Shown here one piece after another: positions 25,901-40,669 of a stretch of DNA of 64,000 nt. Both the position numbers and the translations under genes were made by a program. The stretch is from Lingula anatina (lineage: Eukaryota > Animalia > Brachiopoda). The notes under the pieces were generated by a model. The model had not been told where the DNA came from and ran no database searches. It saw only the letters and a list, made by a program, of their open reading frames with translations. Where the stretch lies: NCBI GenBank assembly GCA_051362555.1, contig CM120645.1:2294001-2358000 (forward strand), written 5' to 3'. How positions within the stretch are numbered: the first letter of the stretch is position 1; every line of letters begins with the position of its first letter.

Positions 25901-27487
25901 CACCTGTGATCATTGTGATTCTGCCTGTGATGATAGTAAGTCCTTTTCTTGACCTTTGACCTTGGTTGACCTAGTTTATCATGACCTAGTGATGGTGGTG
26001 GTGTTTTCTGCTGCTCACTGTGACTTCGTCTGTCAATTTTCGTTCAAGTTCTTGATGTTGGATCAGCTGTTCACTTTTTTCCCCACTTTGCTGGCATCAC
26101 TTCTTGTGTTGGATGTACCTGTATCAGGCATTCACAATCTTCTTTAACCAAAACTTCTAAAACACCTTAGGAGTGTGTAAAACTAACAGTCTTCTGTCAT
26201 GGAAGTATAAAACTAACCACTCACACTTTTGGAGTATATATATTCTTTGGATGAAAAACATTTTGATAATTGATCTGTTTGAAGAATCTGTGTTACTTTT
26301 CTTACCTGGATATCTTATAACATTTTTTATCAAATTTTTTTTTTTTAATTTTCTTTATACATTTATTTGGTTATTTTTACATAAAGGATATTACTGTCTT
26401 CGCTTATTTTTTTGTGCTTTGATTATTAATTATGCTTTAATATATGCACTCTTTGCTTAATATCCCCCCTTTGATGTTATTCCACAGTATTTTATAGTTT
26501 TATTTTTATTATTTCTCCTCATGAATATGTACGAGTCTTGCACAGTTGCTTTTATTCACAAATACTTTCAAACCTTGCTAAAATTTGGCTCCCTTTCTTT
26601 TACCTACTGTATTATCAATTATCAAATGAGACAAAATTAATTTTACTTTTGGAAATATATATATAACAAAAAGACCAGCAACAACTTCTATCTCCTCCTT
26701 CTTTCCAGCCCCTATCTTCCCAAAATAAAAATTATATAATGTTTAGAAAGAAATCATTTTTCGATGCTTCATAATAAGGTTGTACTAGTACTTGATTTTC
26801 TTTAAATTTTATTTACATTATTCCACTGCAGGAGACAAGTAGGTATTGTAGATTATTTAATTATAACAGTATTTACGGAAGGGAATAATATTTTGGTAGG
26901 TCTGGTTCACCATATTCCTGTTCATTTGGCAGTGCGTGCAGTTTTATCTGATATCTTGTATACATTTATCCATGTGGCTTTGTTAACATATGCTAAACAG
27001 AAATCTCTTTTCTATATTTACGTCACTTCTTAAACATCAAATGTAGCTTCCTTTAAAGCCAACTCTGAGTCTCACTGATGCTTCAAAAAAACATTTTCTG
27101 GAATTTTCCATGGTTTTCAGAGAATTTCATTAAATGTCAGACATTTTCATCGATTTTCTTCAAAGCAGTTTGCCAAAGGTCTCCCAAACTGAAATGAGCA
27201 GACGTCAATTAGTCATCCATTATGTGAAAAAAAATCTTTCAAAAGATAGGTGCATAGATGTGCATGATGCAACAGTCATCTGTTTTGGGAAGATAAATGA
27301 CTTATTTTTTTATCTGTTTCTATTTCAAACCAGATCACCGTTTTTTTTTTTCTTTTGCCAAATGGTAAATCAACATTTACGTAGATAAACAGAAAAACGA
27401 AGTAGAATTTGACAAAATAAAGACTGAATTCTTTTAAATAAACAGGAAAAAGAAATAGACTTTGACATAAGTCCTGTATTATTTTTC

Positions 27488-27551
<64 letters not shown>

Positions 27552-30500
27552 GATGAACATTCATTATGAACAGTTTAGATATCACAGTGTTTTTGATACA
27601 TTAGGGGAAGCTAACTAAAATCTTGGGTAATGGTTGCACTTTGAGTATTAAAAGCGATTTGTTTTAGAACAGTTTGTATCTGCAAGTTTTTATAAGTATA
27701 CATAAAAAGCAAGGAGTAGCAGCATCTTATGAGGGAGATGATGATAGGTCGATGTTAGTAATTTAAAGTTGGAGAAACAGTTTAAGCTTTGATGATTTTT
27801 TCAAAGTTATGAAAGTTTAGTTATGTTGCACATATTGTTATTATTATATTATGAAATGTTTCTACTATTTATTGATTTCCGTTTGTTTGTTTATAGTAAA
27901 ATTGTATCTTTACTAATTTTAGCAATAACCAAGCTTTCAAAATGTATACTCTCTGCTAAACGCACTTGTTAATAAAGCATTATATTTTCTCTCTCTCTTT
28001 CTTCTATAAAAATTCACATGCTTTATTAGCTAAATAATTACAATTAGTAGTGCAGAAAACCTTTGTATATATTCCTAAAACATTCTTTATGCAAACTGTG
28101 GCTTATTTCCATTAATAACTTTGCTTCACCCCCATCCCATCCTGGAATATAACCTACCATCACCTTGGCTCTGTTCTCACAACTTTTAGATCGATCTATC
28201 ACCGCGGGGAGTCTCACTAGATTACTGTCAGACAATCCCCCTTAAGTGTCCGTCCCCGCCTACTACAAGCTTTAAGGGGTAATTAACTTTCGTGTCCGCC
28301 CGGCTGACAGCTATTTAGCGTGAACCCCCAGGGAGTTAGGTCGATCCAATGTAGGTCGATCTAATCTATGAGAATGGGGTGCTTGTCTGTATGGCTGTCC
28401 TTTTCATAAAAATAGGAAAGTGAAATTATCACCACAAGCTGCAGTTTCAGAAAAAAGGGCTAAATATTTCCAAAATCTTCAGCAAGAAATGTTTTTAAAG
28501 AATTGATTCAATCTGTGACCAAGTTTTAAATTTTAGTTGCTGTTGAGAAGGTGGGGGGGGGGGGGGGGGGAGGAATGGATTCATGTAGCTCCAGTAACTT
28601 ATTTTAAATAGTATCTTTTGATTAGTATGGAGCACTTGCTGGTTAGGTGAAATTGAGATATGATCTCTGATTGAGGTGATCAGGGTCCCTATAGCACAGT
28701 AAAAGTTTGCCAATATCCTGACCATGGTTTGAAGTTTCAAGATAGGCATGTATATTCAAAGATGGGGCAAAGGTAAAGACATCTGTGGATCTCTCTTGCA
28801 TGATTTAAACCTCATTCACACTGCTGATTAAAATCAAGTTAGTGGGTGCACAGCAGCTTTCCAGGGGATCACAGCAGCTCTCAAGGGGACTGACATGCAA
28901 GTCACTGGTGAACTGCAGAAAGCAGGGGCAGATTGATGGCATCTTCTGTGTCTTCCGGAAGACGATCAGATTTTCAAGTTTACATTGATGGGTATCTGAT
29001 TTTCTGTTGGAAGACGGTCAGAAATGGGGGATGGATCATCAAAGATAATTTTGAAGACTGTCAGAAAATATCTCTGGATCCACCCCTGGAAAGCCTCTGT
29101 TAAACTGATCCTAGTATTGTTGAACTTGAACCTGGTTGTTTTAAGATGATATCTAAATGTCACTTGAATGTGTCCATAGTCTAGTGCCTTCTGACAGCTG
29201 TGCTGAGTGATGGTTTGACATGTGCCTGTATGGGGGGTGTAAATTAAGATGATAAGGTGCCTGTATAGGTGGTGTAAATTAAGATGATAAGAAAACTGAG
29301 TGCAGTGCTGGTGACCATTGATCAAGTATGAAGTGATTGAGATAAGTCCCCTGTTATTTGGTAGAATTTCAGTGCTTTTGATTCTCTCTTTCTCTCTCTC
29401 TTTCTCTCTCTCTCTTTCTCTTGCATGCATGTCTGGGTACACACACACACACACACACCATATCAAATACCTGAAAAATACCTTTAAAAAAATAGAAAAG
29501 GTTCAAGAAGATGAGCTATTCATATCTGGGTTTGCCTCATATATAGACTTTGTCAGTATTTGTATATCTACCCAATACTTGTATTTTTGTATCTACCCCT
29601 GTTAAGGCAGACTTCACAGAAATGCACCATTCTGAGGGAAGTGATGCAGCCAGCATGCACCTGAAGATATATTTTATCTGGAGAAATATGTCCGGTTATC
29701 AAGTTACCTGTGTTACCTGTCTTGTAGATCTGTCAGCAAGTTTTCCTGCTCAAAAATAGCATTGCTTCTGTACATGCCTGTTTTGTTATTTTTGTGATAA
29801 CTATTTATGAATCTTAACTAATTCCATTTTTTTTTTTTCAAAATTTTTGTCCTCAGTTTCTCACCAAAATTATAGAAAAATGTGACTCCCTTTTCAAAAT
29901 GTTCATACGATTATTTGTATGCGGATAAAATGTTGTTTATGGAAATATTTTTGATCAGTTTCACTCAGATGTAATAAAAAATAATTGTAGTTTTTTTTCT
30001 GACAATACCAAAAAGTCCTTCAAGCTAAAATCTAGAGGATGACGTGCCATGTAAATTATTTAAACTCTCCAACTGCTATTAAGTGTAGATGAAAATGAAG
30101 AGATAATATCAAAATGGGTTCCATGGTTTTTTGTTCATCGAAATTTTCATAGAGCTGAGTGGAGCATTTAATCAGAAAGAGAATAATACTAACAGTAAGA
30201 GTAATGTTTTCAGTGTTTATAGTCACTAATGAGTATTGGATAAATCTTCTTACTTTGTTTGCTCAAAATTCATTCAAGGTAATGGGGTATCCAGCTTTCC
30301 ATCCTGGCAAAAACAAAAACCATGAATTTTCCAGAAGCAGTAACTTCACCTCACTCCCTGTACTTATACGCAAGGGATCACTGATTATGTAATTCTGGTA
30401 CAGTTTCCAAGAATCATCCAAGAAAAAAAGAACAGAAAAAGTTTTAGGGTGCTGGCAGTGGCAGGTGGTTAGAAATATGTGAATTTCATCAGACAAGAAA

Positions 30501-33500
30501 TGCAAATGTCTGGAATCTCTTCTTTGTGTGTGTGCACTTGCATTTAATTGCAATCAAGTTACTCCAAGGTTATATTACCTTTTTGGTAAAAAAACAACAT
30601 ATTCCAAGGTGCAAGGACATGTTCAATGTAAATCATTTTCAGAAATATTTATTTTATTAAGAAAATCAGTAATTATCAAGCAACAGTGGTTTAGAGTAGA
30701 AATTTAAAATATTTGAAATATAACACAAAAAAAAAAATTCATCAGCCCTGAGCCCAGCTAGACTACCTTCTTCCTTGTTTACTTCTTCAAGGGTAATAAA
30801 TAAAGATAATGTTTCACAGGTTTGGCACTGAACCTGAGGTAAGATTAAGTCATACCTTAATTGGAATTGCTTCTCCCCTGTATTAGCAGAACTTGGGAAA
30901 TGCCACAGTATATAAAACCAAGTACTTTGTTAAAATGTTAGGCTAGTAAGAAATAGTGTGACATATTTCTCAAATTGTATAAAAATACAAAGGTTTTCTA
31001 CAATTTGACAGCATGTGGATTACCAAAATATAAACGTACTACAAATGTATTATTTTTGGCAGGTTGCCCTTTTTTATTATTGTCAAAAAATATAATTTCT
31101 TAAACCAAAAAAAGAATTAACAACATTAGCAAGTAGAAAGATGAATATCATTCCCCTGTTCTCTCTCTCTTCTTTTCTACAGAAGAGATTCAAGAAGATC
31201 TGATTGAGCACACAATATTTATCTGTCTAGGTTGATGTGTCAGGTAGGGTGTCTGATTGGAAGTTTAGTCTGGAATTAAGAACATACGTGGGAGATCTGA
31301 TATTTCATATCAAAGGAAGTGGCTTTGTCCGAGTTGGCTGTTTTGTATCAACATTGCCCGTTTTAATTGGATGTAAATGACAGGTTGTACAAGTATAGTT
31401 ATGTCGGGCCTTTGTGGTCTTTGACACATTTTGTTTAGAATTATTCATATGTGGTTTGTAAGGCAAGTTTAGGTATAGAGGAGGTTGGTTTTACCAAAGC
31501 ACTCATAAGGTCACATTTTGGTTGTAACTTTGAGACTGAAATTTTTGGATCAAAATTTAGTCAAGGAGTTGTGGTCCACTGATGAAAATGTTACGTAGGG
31601 CTTTTAACAAAAAGCAAGAAATTGCCATTTTCCAAGACAGATGTTTACTATTGTCGAGTCAGCTACTAATGATCTATGTACACTATATTTTTGCTTTAAG
31701 TAAAGACAAAATTTGACCTTTTTTGTAAAGCTGCATCCAAGAGTGTGCTGCTGGAAAGTGATGTTTGTTTGTTTTCACACCTGGTTACTGGTTATCTTCT
31801 TCTATTAGAAACAGACAAGAAAGGTGGGGGAAATCACTTCCTGCACTCTCATCTCCACCATGTTATCAGCAACTTAACACTTCGATGTGACAAAGCCATC
31901 CAGGATGAGACTACCAGCAGATTACCGACTTTTTGGGAGACAAAAATATCATTGGCCCCATGCTGTATTTTCACTTCATGGCAGTCTCCTTCCTGAGCTA
32001 TTCTGCCCTGGAACCTTCTTGTATTGCAGTCCTAAGTGTTTCAAACTTTGTTTATTAAATTCAAGTGTACTTTGGTCTAAAATGTTAGATTAAAAGGCAA
32101 CAACTTAAAGAGTTACTCTTACTGGAGACTTTCTGGAGAGGAACCACTTATAAGTGAACCTCAATAATTTTGGAAGGATCTTTGAATTCAGATTTATATG
32201 TGTACTTAATATTAGATGACCAATGGATGGCCTACATACTAGGGTACTTAAAGAGAACATTATGATTAAAAAAAAACAGAATTGACACATTTTTTCATGC
32301 AGTTTTCAGTATAAAATACATTTTCTGTTTGTTCCAAAAGCCCGTGCACATAAATGAAGACTTCCCAAGTACCTGTTTAGAAAGGGTGCCCTGTATCTCT
32401 ATGTAAATGTACACTGTGTACAAATATGTGACTATAAATCATACAAGAGAACCTGTCAGTTCATATATATACTTATGATAGGAATGTATATGTATTGTGG
32501 GAAACCAAAAGCTTGAAACCTGTATAGAATTATGTGAAGCTTAGATAACCTTGATGCCTTAAAGCATGTTGTCTCTATATGTTTTGAATAAAGGTTTTTA
32601 TTACATGCCCATAGCCAGGGGGGTTGGGGGTTCCAAAGATTTACTTTGACTCAGAAAAGCCCTATTCACCATCAAATGTTGATCTAGAGGTTCTATGTCC
32701 TTTCTCAGGTTGGGTCAACCCAATAGTAAAAATTAATTTTGAATGTCCACTTTTCAGGAAAAAAGTTTCCTTTAAAATTTTTGATAGGACACAGAAAACT
32801 GTAATTATATTTTGTCAAACAGAGTGTTTTCCCCACTTACAGGCTTGCTATGCTACCAGTAAAGAGACCTAGTTTTGTGGTGTAAAAGTTTGAGTCAACC
32901 TCTAGTATAAATTTCTTTCTTGAATCCATCTTGGCACCCTGAGCTTAAAGGTAGTAAAGGCATTGCTTTGTTTCTCGTCATTGCCAAATATTCAGTATAA
33001 GCACCTATATTTTAGTGCACTCTATGCCACTAAGACCTCTTCTACAGGGTGCTGGGTATGAATTTGTCCATGGCGGCATGTTTACCTGCTCACTGCAGAG
33101 AAAGTCATCTCTGGTATCTGTTTACTCAGGTGAGAACTGCAGGTAACCTGAACTATGCCAGGTAACAGCAGCACTTGGTGCTGGCTTGTTTTGAGAAGGA
33201 AGATATGATAAATGATGAAGAGGAGAAAAAATGGGAGAGATTTATATGAGCTGTATGAATATTGGCTTGTGTTTAGAAGTGAGGAGAAAAGGGAAAAGAG
33301 AGAGGAAAATGATTGTAAAAGTAATTTGTTTTAATGCAGTCTATTATATGCATTATAATTAAAAGCATGTTTCACAAATTTTTTTGCAAAAAAAAACAGA
33401 AAGAAAAAGGAGATGAGATACTAGTAATGGTATAGTTCTTGCAGGGGTTTATGATGGGTGAGGATGAAGTCCAAGTCATTCTGATTACAGGCCTTCACTT

Positions 33501-36500
33501 CAAGCCTGTTTTTTTTCCAAACAAGTGTTGTTTCTGTGAAACTCATCAATCAGTAGTCCAATTGAAGAATTGGAAGAAATTAATTGGGCACATTTTTTAT
33601 ATGAAGATTTGTGCACAATGAATTGCATTAAATTTATTTGTCTGACACACATCACAGAAAGATACTCCCTAGATCTTTCATAATAGGTTGATTTATCATT
33701 TCTCCTGGAAAAATTGTTTCTGAGAAAATCAGGCAGTTTCTTTTCATTAATGAAAAACAACTTAAGCTTTTTCACAGGCTCTACAAAACAAAATGCAATT
33801 AAGCTTTTTCGGGAGCATTGCAAAATGAAAGTTTTATGTCATGCAATATTTTAAAAGAAAATAGTTATTTTTTCAACGTACATATAATTGCATGATCAGC
33901 TTGAGTTTCCTTGAATCTTATCAATAGGTTAATCAGGTCAGGAGACTTCATAATTGGATTATAGCTGATAATTTCTATTAATGGATAATGTAAGTAGGAA
34001 GGCAGATGGAAGGAAATATTAATTAAGCAAATCTTTATAAAAGGGAAAAACTAAGTTTGAGATGTCTGACTGTGGTGACTTCATTGTATCAGTATGATGG
34101 GGTGTTGCAGCATTTACTGTAAGTTGCAGACAGACTGTGATTATTTGTTTATTATATTGTTATGATGATGGTTTCTTCAAAACAACTTATAAATCATAAT
34201 TTGCGCTTTTGATGTTTTTGTCTCTGATTTTACCTAGTTCTGTTTTGAAGAAACTATCATTGTAACTTTTAAGTTGGCAGCAAAGATAATGAAATTCCTC
34301 GTGTGTTTTCAATTGTTTATTATGTCGCAGGTCTTGATGGCACAAGCCAAGTCATGTTTTTTTTTTCAGACAGAATTCCAGGCAAATTAAGTTTTAACTT
34401 CTTTGAAACAAAACTTATATTTAATAGGCAAAAAATGATAAGTTTTCAGGGATTTTTTATCCAAGGTGAATAACTGCCATTCAGTGTCAAACCAAATTTG
34501 ACACAATTGAACATGCCGTAATGAAAGATTTAAAAGTGTGAAATTTGAAAAAAAATTATTATATTTATTTGTTCTTTACAGATTGTAACTACACATGTCA
34601 CCACCGGTGTCGCCCTCTAGTGTCAATAGACTGTCCACACGAGAACACGAACAACCACCGGCCGCGCGGGAATGCGGAAACCTCGCTGTCAGAAATACTT
34701 CAGGTTACTCCAGGGAAGGTAGTCAGGGTACGAAATTATTACTATTTTTATTATTTTTTTTATATAATCAAAAATGGGTATGCATTAAAGTTTTATTGTT
34801 TCTGTTTTGGAATTTATGGTATTATAATGTGATCTTCATTAGTACAGAACGTTTGTAGTTCAGATTGATCATTCACAAAATTTACAGTTGTATAATGACA
34901 GAATAGCGTGTGTGTGTTTGCGTTTGTGTGTCACTGTGTGTACTAGTACATTAATTTCTATGCTGTAGAATATTGCATACATTTTGATGATGTTCAAAAG
35001 CTCATGCTAGCATGGAAAATATGTTAAAATGACCTATTACTATTATTTATAATATGAGTAATTTTAAGTTATTATTTTGAACTTCATAAATGAGACATAT
35101 TCACTTGCATATGCATTTTAATTCACATTGCTTTTCCTTAGAAGTTTTGAAAAAAATGATGAAACTGACTGAAAAATTTTCAAAAAGAAGAGAAATTACA
35201 TTGTTGTAGATGTGGCCAGGCTAGCTATGGACATCACTGACCCCTGCACTGGTCATCTCGTCTGTGATTTAAATGTTATCTACATTAAGGAGGGACACTT
35301 GACCATAGCAGTCAGTGATTTGTCATGTAACACTAGTGCAGGTGATTTCCTGTGCGTGTTTATTCATTTAAGAGACACTGGTCACCACAAAATGACCATC
35401 GGCATTGTCTCAGTAGTGGACGGTTATATGTCTAGGTTACATTAAGTGAAAGGATGAGGTGATGATTGACAGTAAGTTTGCTGACTAACCACTACTATGT
35501 GTACCTATGTACTACTTAGATGGTCAGTTTAAAAGGCTAGAGGTCAAGCAGCCAGTTCTCATTTTAGATTTATTTTAACTGTTAGTTTCTGTCCTCATAG
35601 CAATCCATAGATACATGGTGGCAAGATATTTCAGTTAAAGTTAATTCCAGAGATTATCCGGTCAGTTTAAGTAATCAATTAATAATCAATCAATTTACAA
35701 ACTTCGTTAGGGGAACATTGCAAAACCTGATAACATTAAGTTATTTTTTGTGTGTACATTTACTGAAAATGTGTCAGATGAATTTTCAAGTGTCTCTTGA
35801 TGCAACTTATGATCAGTGTTGTGTGTAGTAAATCACAATCAAGTCACACCTAACACAACTTATATCAGTGACATTTGGTGGAAGAAATGCTGTTTCAGAT
35901 GCCTGTGATTTTATTGAAGGTTTAAGGCAAGGAATTTCAAATTAGCCATCACATTTTGATTAAAAATTGACTTTGACAGCACTTGTAAGAGGGACAGGTA
36001 TGAACACAAAGATAAGAATTATTGCTAGACAAAGGGACGTGTCTCATACACACACACAAAAAAGAATTGAGTTGGGGGTGGGGGGTAAAGTTGAAGCTGC
36101 CTAAATCTCGATAGACAAAGAATCTTTTAGACTGCTTACCATGTTTTTTTAAACTAAACTCCTTGAGCAAATTGCCATTGTGTAGACACAGTTTTTAATC
36201 TCAGCAGTGAGAATAAACAATTTAGTTTGTTAAATACAGTTGTGATAAATAATAAATTCACCAATCAGATGCTTGGATGACAGTAGATTATTCAGGCCAT
36301 TCTACTAAGAGAAAGAAAAATCTGACTTTTTTACTGGCCTTGAGATTTTTTTCTTTGTCAGATAATTAATTTTTCACGTGCTTTCTTTACGCGTGCTGGG
36401 TGTATAACAGTATGTTACACGTGCAGCTTGTCTCTATTGGTAACTTATGTCATCAGTTATTTAGACAATCTTCCCAGGACTATAATTACTTCACTGCAGG

Positions 36501-39500
36501 TGAGAATGTCAACACATAATTCCTCTCAGGCTTTGCTGCGTGCATAGTAAATAGATGGTTAAAAAGATATTTTTAAACAAATTGCTTTGTCATCTGTTTG
36601 ATGCTAATAGTCCAAATTGAATTTCAGTCACTCTGGCTGTTAATGCAAAAATTGTTCAAGCAGAGCATCACATTTAAGAAATTCCTACTTTAGATAAATT
36701 ACACATTGATTTTTTAAGCAGATTCATTAGTCCAAATTCACATGGCACTGCACACTTTTCTGCATCACATCATTTGAGACATGGAGAACTTAATGACCCA
36801 TGCAACTATTATGTAAGAGATTCATCTAAAGGACAGTTTTTTATTGGTCTGCACATTTGGAAGAAAAATTGTGAAAGAGAATAAATATATATATCTTTAG
36901 ATGAATAAAATATTTTTCATGTTTTTATACATAGTAGTTTGTACAATATATGATATTATGTATTTTACAGAATATTTCATATATTAGTGTGGTATGTTTG
37001 ATAGGCACCTTTACTCAAATAAACTTTATGGGATAATGCATATATTTCCAATACTGCCCTGGAGAAAGATCCTCTAGATAGCGTAATTGAGAGCGTGACG
37101 AATTTCTCAACAGACTGCACTGGTTGACACATTAATTATTAATAGCAACACCTTTTAATTAAACTGTTATATATCATTGATAAAATGTATGTGACAATTG
37201 TCTGCTGTCTGGCAGATGTCATAAACAATGCTGTCATACCTTGAGATGTTTTTTAATCAAATTGAAAGGTCATGGGTATCATTAGTATATATATATATAT
37301 ACATGACACAGTAGCTTCTGTATTAGCTGGCTAGATCAGTCAACTTAGCTAGCTAGATACAGTTAGTCAATTTGTGGAATGCTTCAGTGTCCAGGCGTTG
37401 AATGGTATTGTGAGCTAGCTCATAGAATTAAGCCTCCACTTATCTGATTTTTCTTCAGCTAGTGGCTAAAGCAATATGAAGATCATATTAGATGGCTTTA
37501 AGACCAGACATCATTGACCAGGGAAAAAATTAGATCAGGCGGAAAATTTTGATTTATCGAATTAGGGGGAAATTTTGCCGGAATGAGCCCAGTGTTATAT
37601 GAGTGAAGGATCATGGATGCAGGGGCAATGACTTGGCCAGAATATGGCCAGAGAGTGAATTTGGCCGAGGAGAGCAAGGAGAGTGCTGTTGGTGCTTTAA
37701 AGGTGAGAGAGTTAGGAGTAAGTGAAGGGAGAAGTGCAAAAGATATTTCATTGGACGATCTACTAGCACTTGAAGGAATTTGCCTAATTGGGAGTGGGAA
37801 TGAAAATTGTCTTTGTTTTTTTCTCCAATTGCTCTTTACACTAGTTTTGGGAAGGGGAATGGTAAGAAAAGGTAGTCACAAACCTCTCATGAAGAGGCAT
37901 GTGACATAACTCCAGAACCACCATTGATAATTTGTGACTTTTACTTATAGATTAGAAAGAGAGAAATTCAGGAAAGATTTAATTCAGTTATAACAGACTT
38001 CAGAGATAAAAAGATCATGTATTTTGGATTTTCTGAGGGCAAAGAAAATGTCTTTTCCTTAAGAAGCTCCATTGATTGATTCTTCATATGGCTCTGTGTC
38101 AATTTTGTCTGTCATCTGCATGTTATCTGCCTAAATCTCTGACAGTATCTGTTATGTAAATGTTTATATTTTATCATATATACTAGTAGAGAGTAAATTT
38201 ATTGAAATTTATTAAATTGATACAGAAGATAAAAATGCCTTGCTGAATTGTACTTTATTTGGCAGTTGTGTTACAAGTACCACACTTGGAGGCCTTAAGA
38301 CAAGCTTTGTCAGTGATTTATTAGTAATAAATCTGGGCTTTTATGGTGATTGCTGCTTTTTCTTTTGGCATTTCATCAATCTATTATGTTAGATAAAAAA
38401 TTAATCGTTTTGGAAATGATTATTCTGAAAGTACACAATTCCCCATAAATATAAAAATGTTCAAATATATAATATCTATCAAATCGAATTCAATCATGCA
38501 TGTATTGCTGAGAAATTAATACCACCTTTTTCAGAAGATAGACTGCACAAAAATATAACTTTCAAGAGCAAAATAATCTTGTTGACTGAAGGTTTGTAGA
38601 TATTCAAACAATGTGGACCTGTCACCTTGTGTATACAAGCATTAAAAACATTCCACACCATGACATGAATGCTAATAATGTTGCGGCTGGCTCACGTAAG
38701 AAAAACTCCATAAAATGGGAGTAGGTTGTTACTGTGAAGGCATTTCTGATTTTTTTGTCATTGAGGATTAACTGCAGTAGGCTAACCAGATATTGTACAC
38801 TGGTTTGGGACTGATGAGAATAGATGCTATTAAGATGATATCAGAAGTAAGTACCTGTTGTGAAATTTTAGACTTAATCACATAGGACTGGCTTTATGTC
38901 ACTTTTGATAGTGATACATAAAAGTTTTTTTGTCTGTGAATTGGGCAGAGAAGGGAATACTGAAGCTGAATAATAGGCTCCTTTGAAGAAATGGAGTTTT
39001 AGTGTCATGTGATTTTGGGCAATATTATCTTGCATAAAGTTTTGTGGTTTATTTGTGTGGCAGTTATATTGGTGCTTGGTTAGCTATGTTTTACCCATCT
39101 TGTGTTGTCTTATATAAAGAAAAGTTGAGTATTTATGTAAATTTAATTCATATCAGGATTAAAGGAGAATGGTGGATATGTTCAAGGTTTGTGCTTGATT
39201 TCTTATTTGTTCCATTAATTGATCTCGATGTGCATTTTTATTTCAGTTTTCTTAAATACAGTGCACAATCACTGTAAGTCAGGGGATTAGTTATATACCA
39301 AGAAAATATAATAATCTGAAGGTGGAAACAAATGTTGGAAAAAAGGGCCAAAAAGTTTCAGGATTATATTACGAACTATCAAAACTCCATCTGAGAATAG
39401 AGAGTACCTTAGCATATCTGATAGCTAAGAAGATAATGAAATTGAATCATTCTGGGTAGAGGCTAGCCACAACAAAAATATAACCAATGGCAGCATTTTG

Positions 39501-40632
39501 GGAAACTCCTGCACAGCAGTATAGCTTTTGGCAATTGATAAGCCTGATCAAATTTTCTAGTTTAGTTATGCAACTATTATTCAAACTATTGGAAAAGTTT
39601 GGCCTTTGAGGCAAATATGCTAGGATTTGTCAATGTGGATTTATGAAAGTGCCTATCAAAAGTATTACTTGGGAGCATTTCCGATATTTCTGAAATGATG
39701 TAAGTGTTCAGCCATTTTTCTTAGCTGCCTGCAACTCCTCAAAATCAGTGCACAATTTAGTTTCATGTCAGTATACTCAAGATAAAGATACAAGTTCCAG
39801 ACAAAAAAAAAAACCTTTATCATAATTGGTTCGTAATATCACAATAAATGAAGCAGACGACATGTCTGTAATCCCCTTGGAAGTGACTCACATTATTGAT
39901 TGGATCATGGATACTTGGATATCAGTGGCAGATGACATAGATGAGTCTCTCGTGTATTTGTCTACAATATTCATCAAAAAAGTACACATCTGATGACAGG
40001 GAAGGCATTGTGATTTGAGTTTTTATCAGCCAGTGTTTTTAACACGCTGATACACATGATATGCTGTATGCAATGAATTGTATTTCCTAGATAATTGTTA
40101 AGAGCATGAAGTGCTAATGGGAAAAAAGGCATTGAGATTCCATTTACTGGTGACAGCAGACGAAGTAATTCCTGACCTTTGGGAGAGACATCCTTGATGC
40201 TATCTTCTAGCTGTCAGGGTTTCTTCTTGTTCGAAAGACCAGCGGAAAATACATGTGTTTATTGAACACAATTTTCACTGGATATATTTGTCAAAGAACA
40301 GTGCAGTTTGCTTTCTGAGGGATATATTTTACAAATGAAGTGCTCACTCTGAGGCAGAAAATAATGGATAAATGATCAAGCCTACTTGGGATGCAGAATT
40401 ATTGTATTTTAAACAATGGCAGTGAATATTTCAGAGGTACATGTAGCAGACGGATGTTATCTAAATCAGTTGATGAAAGATTCCAAATGAGACGTTTAAG
40501 TTGATATTTGAACGAGGAGAAATGTTTTTGGATAGAAATTACTTTATAACCACTATTATAAATGTGCTGTTGAGCATTTTCAGAGTGATGTTTTTGAATC
40601 TGAATATTTTACATACATGCAGTCTTTGCTCC

Positions 40633-40669
<37 letters not shown>

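Noticed and set aside
2093-29466. Similar peptides in ORFs at 2093, 4636 and the 28966 region (e.g. WINK...EDCQK)
   Set aside because: They are translations of MITE family A copies, not a gene family.
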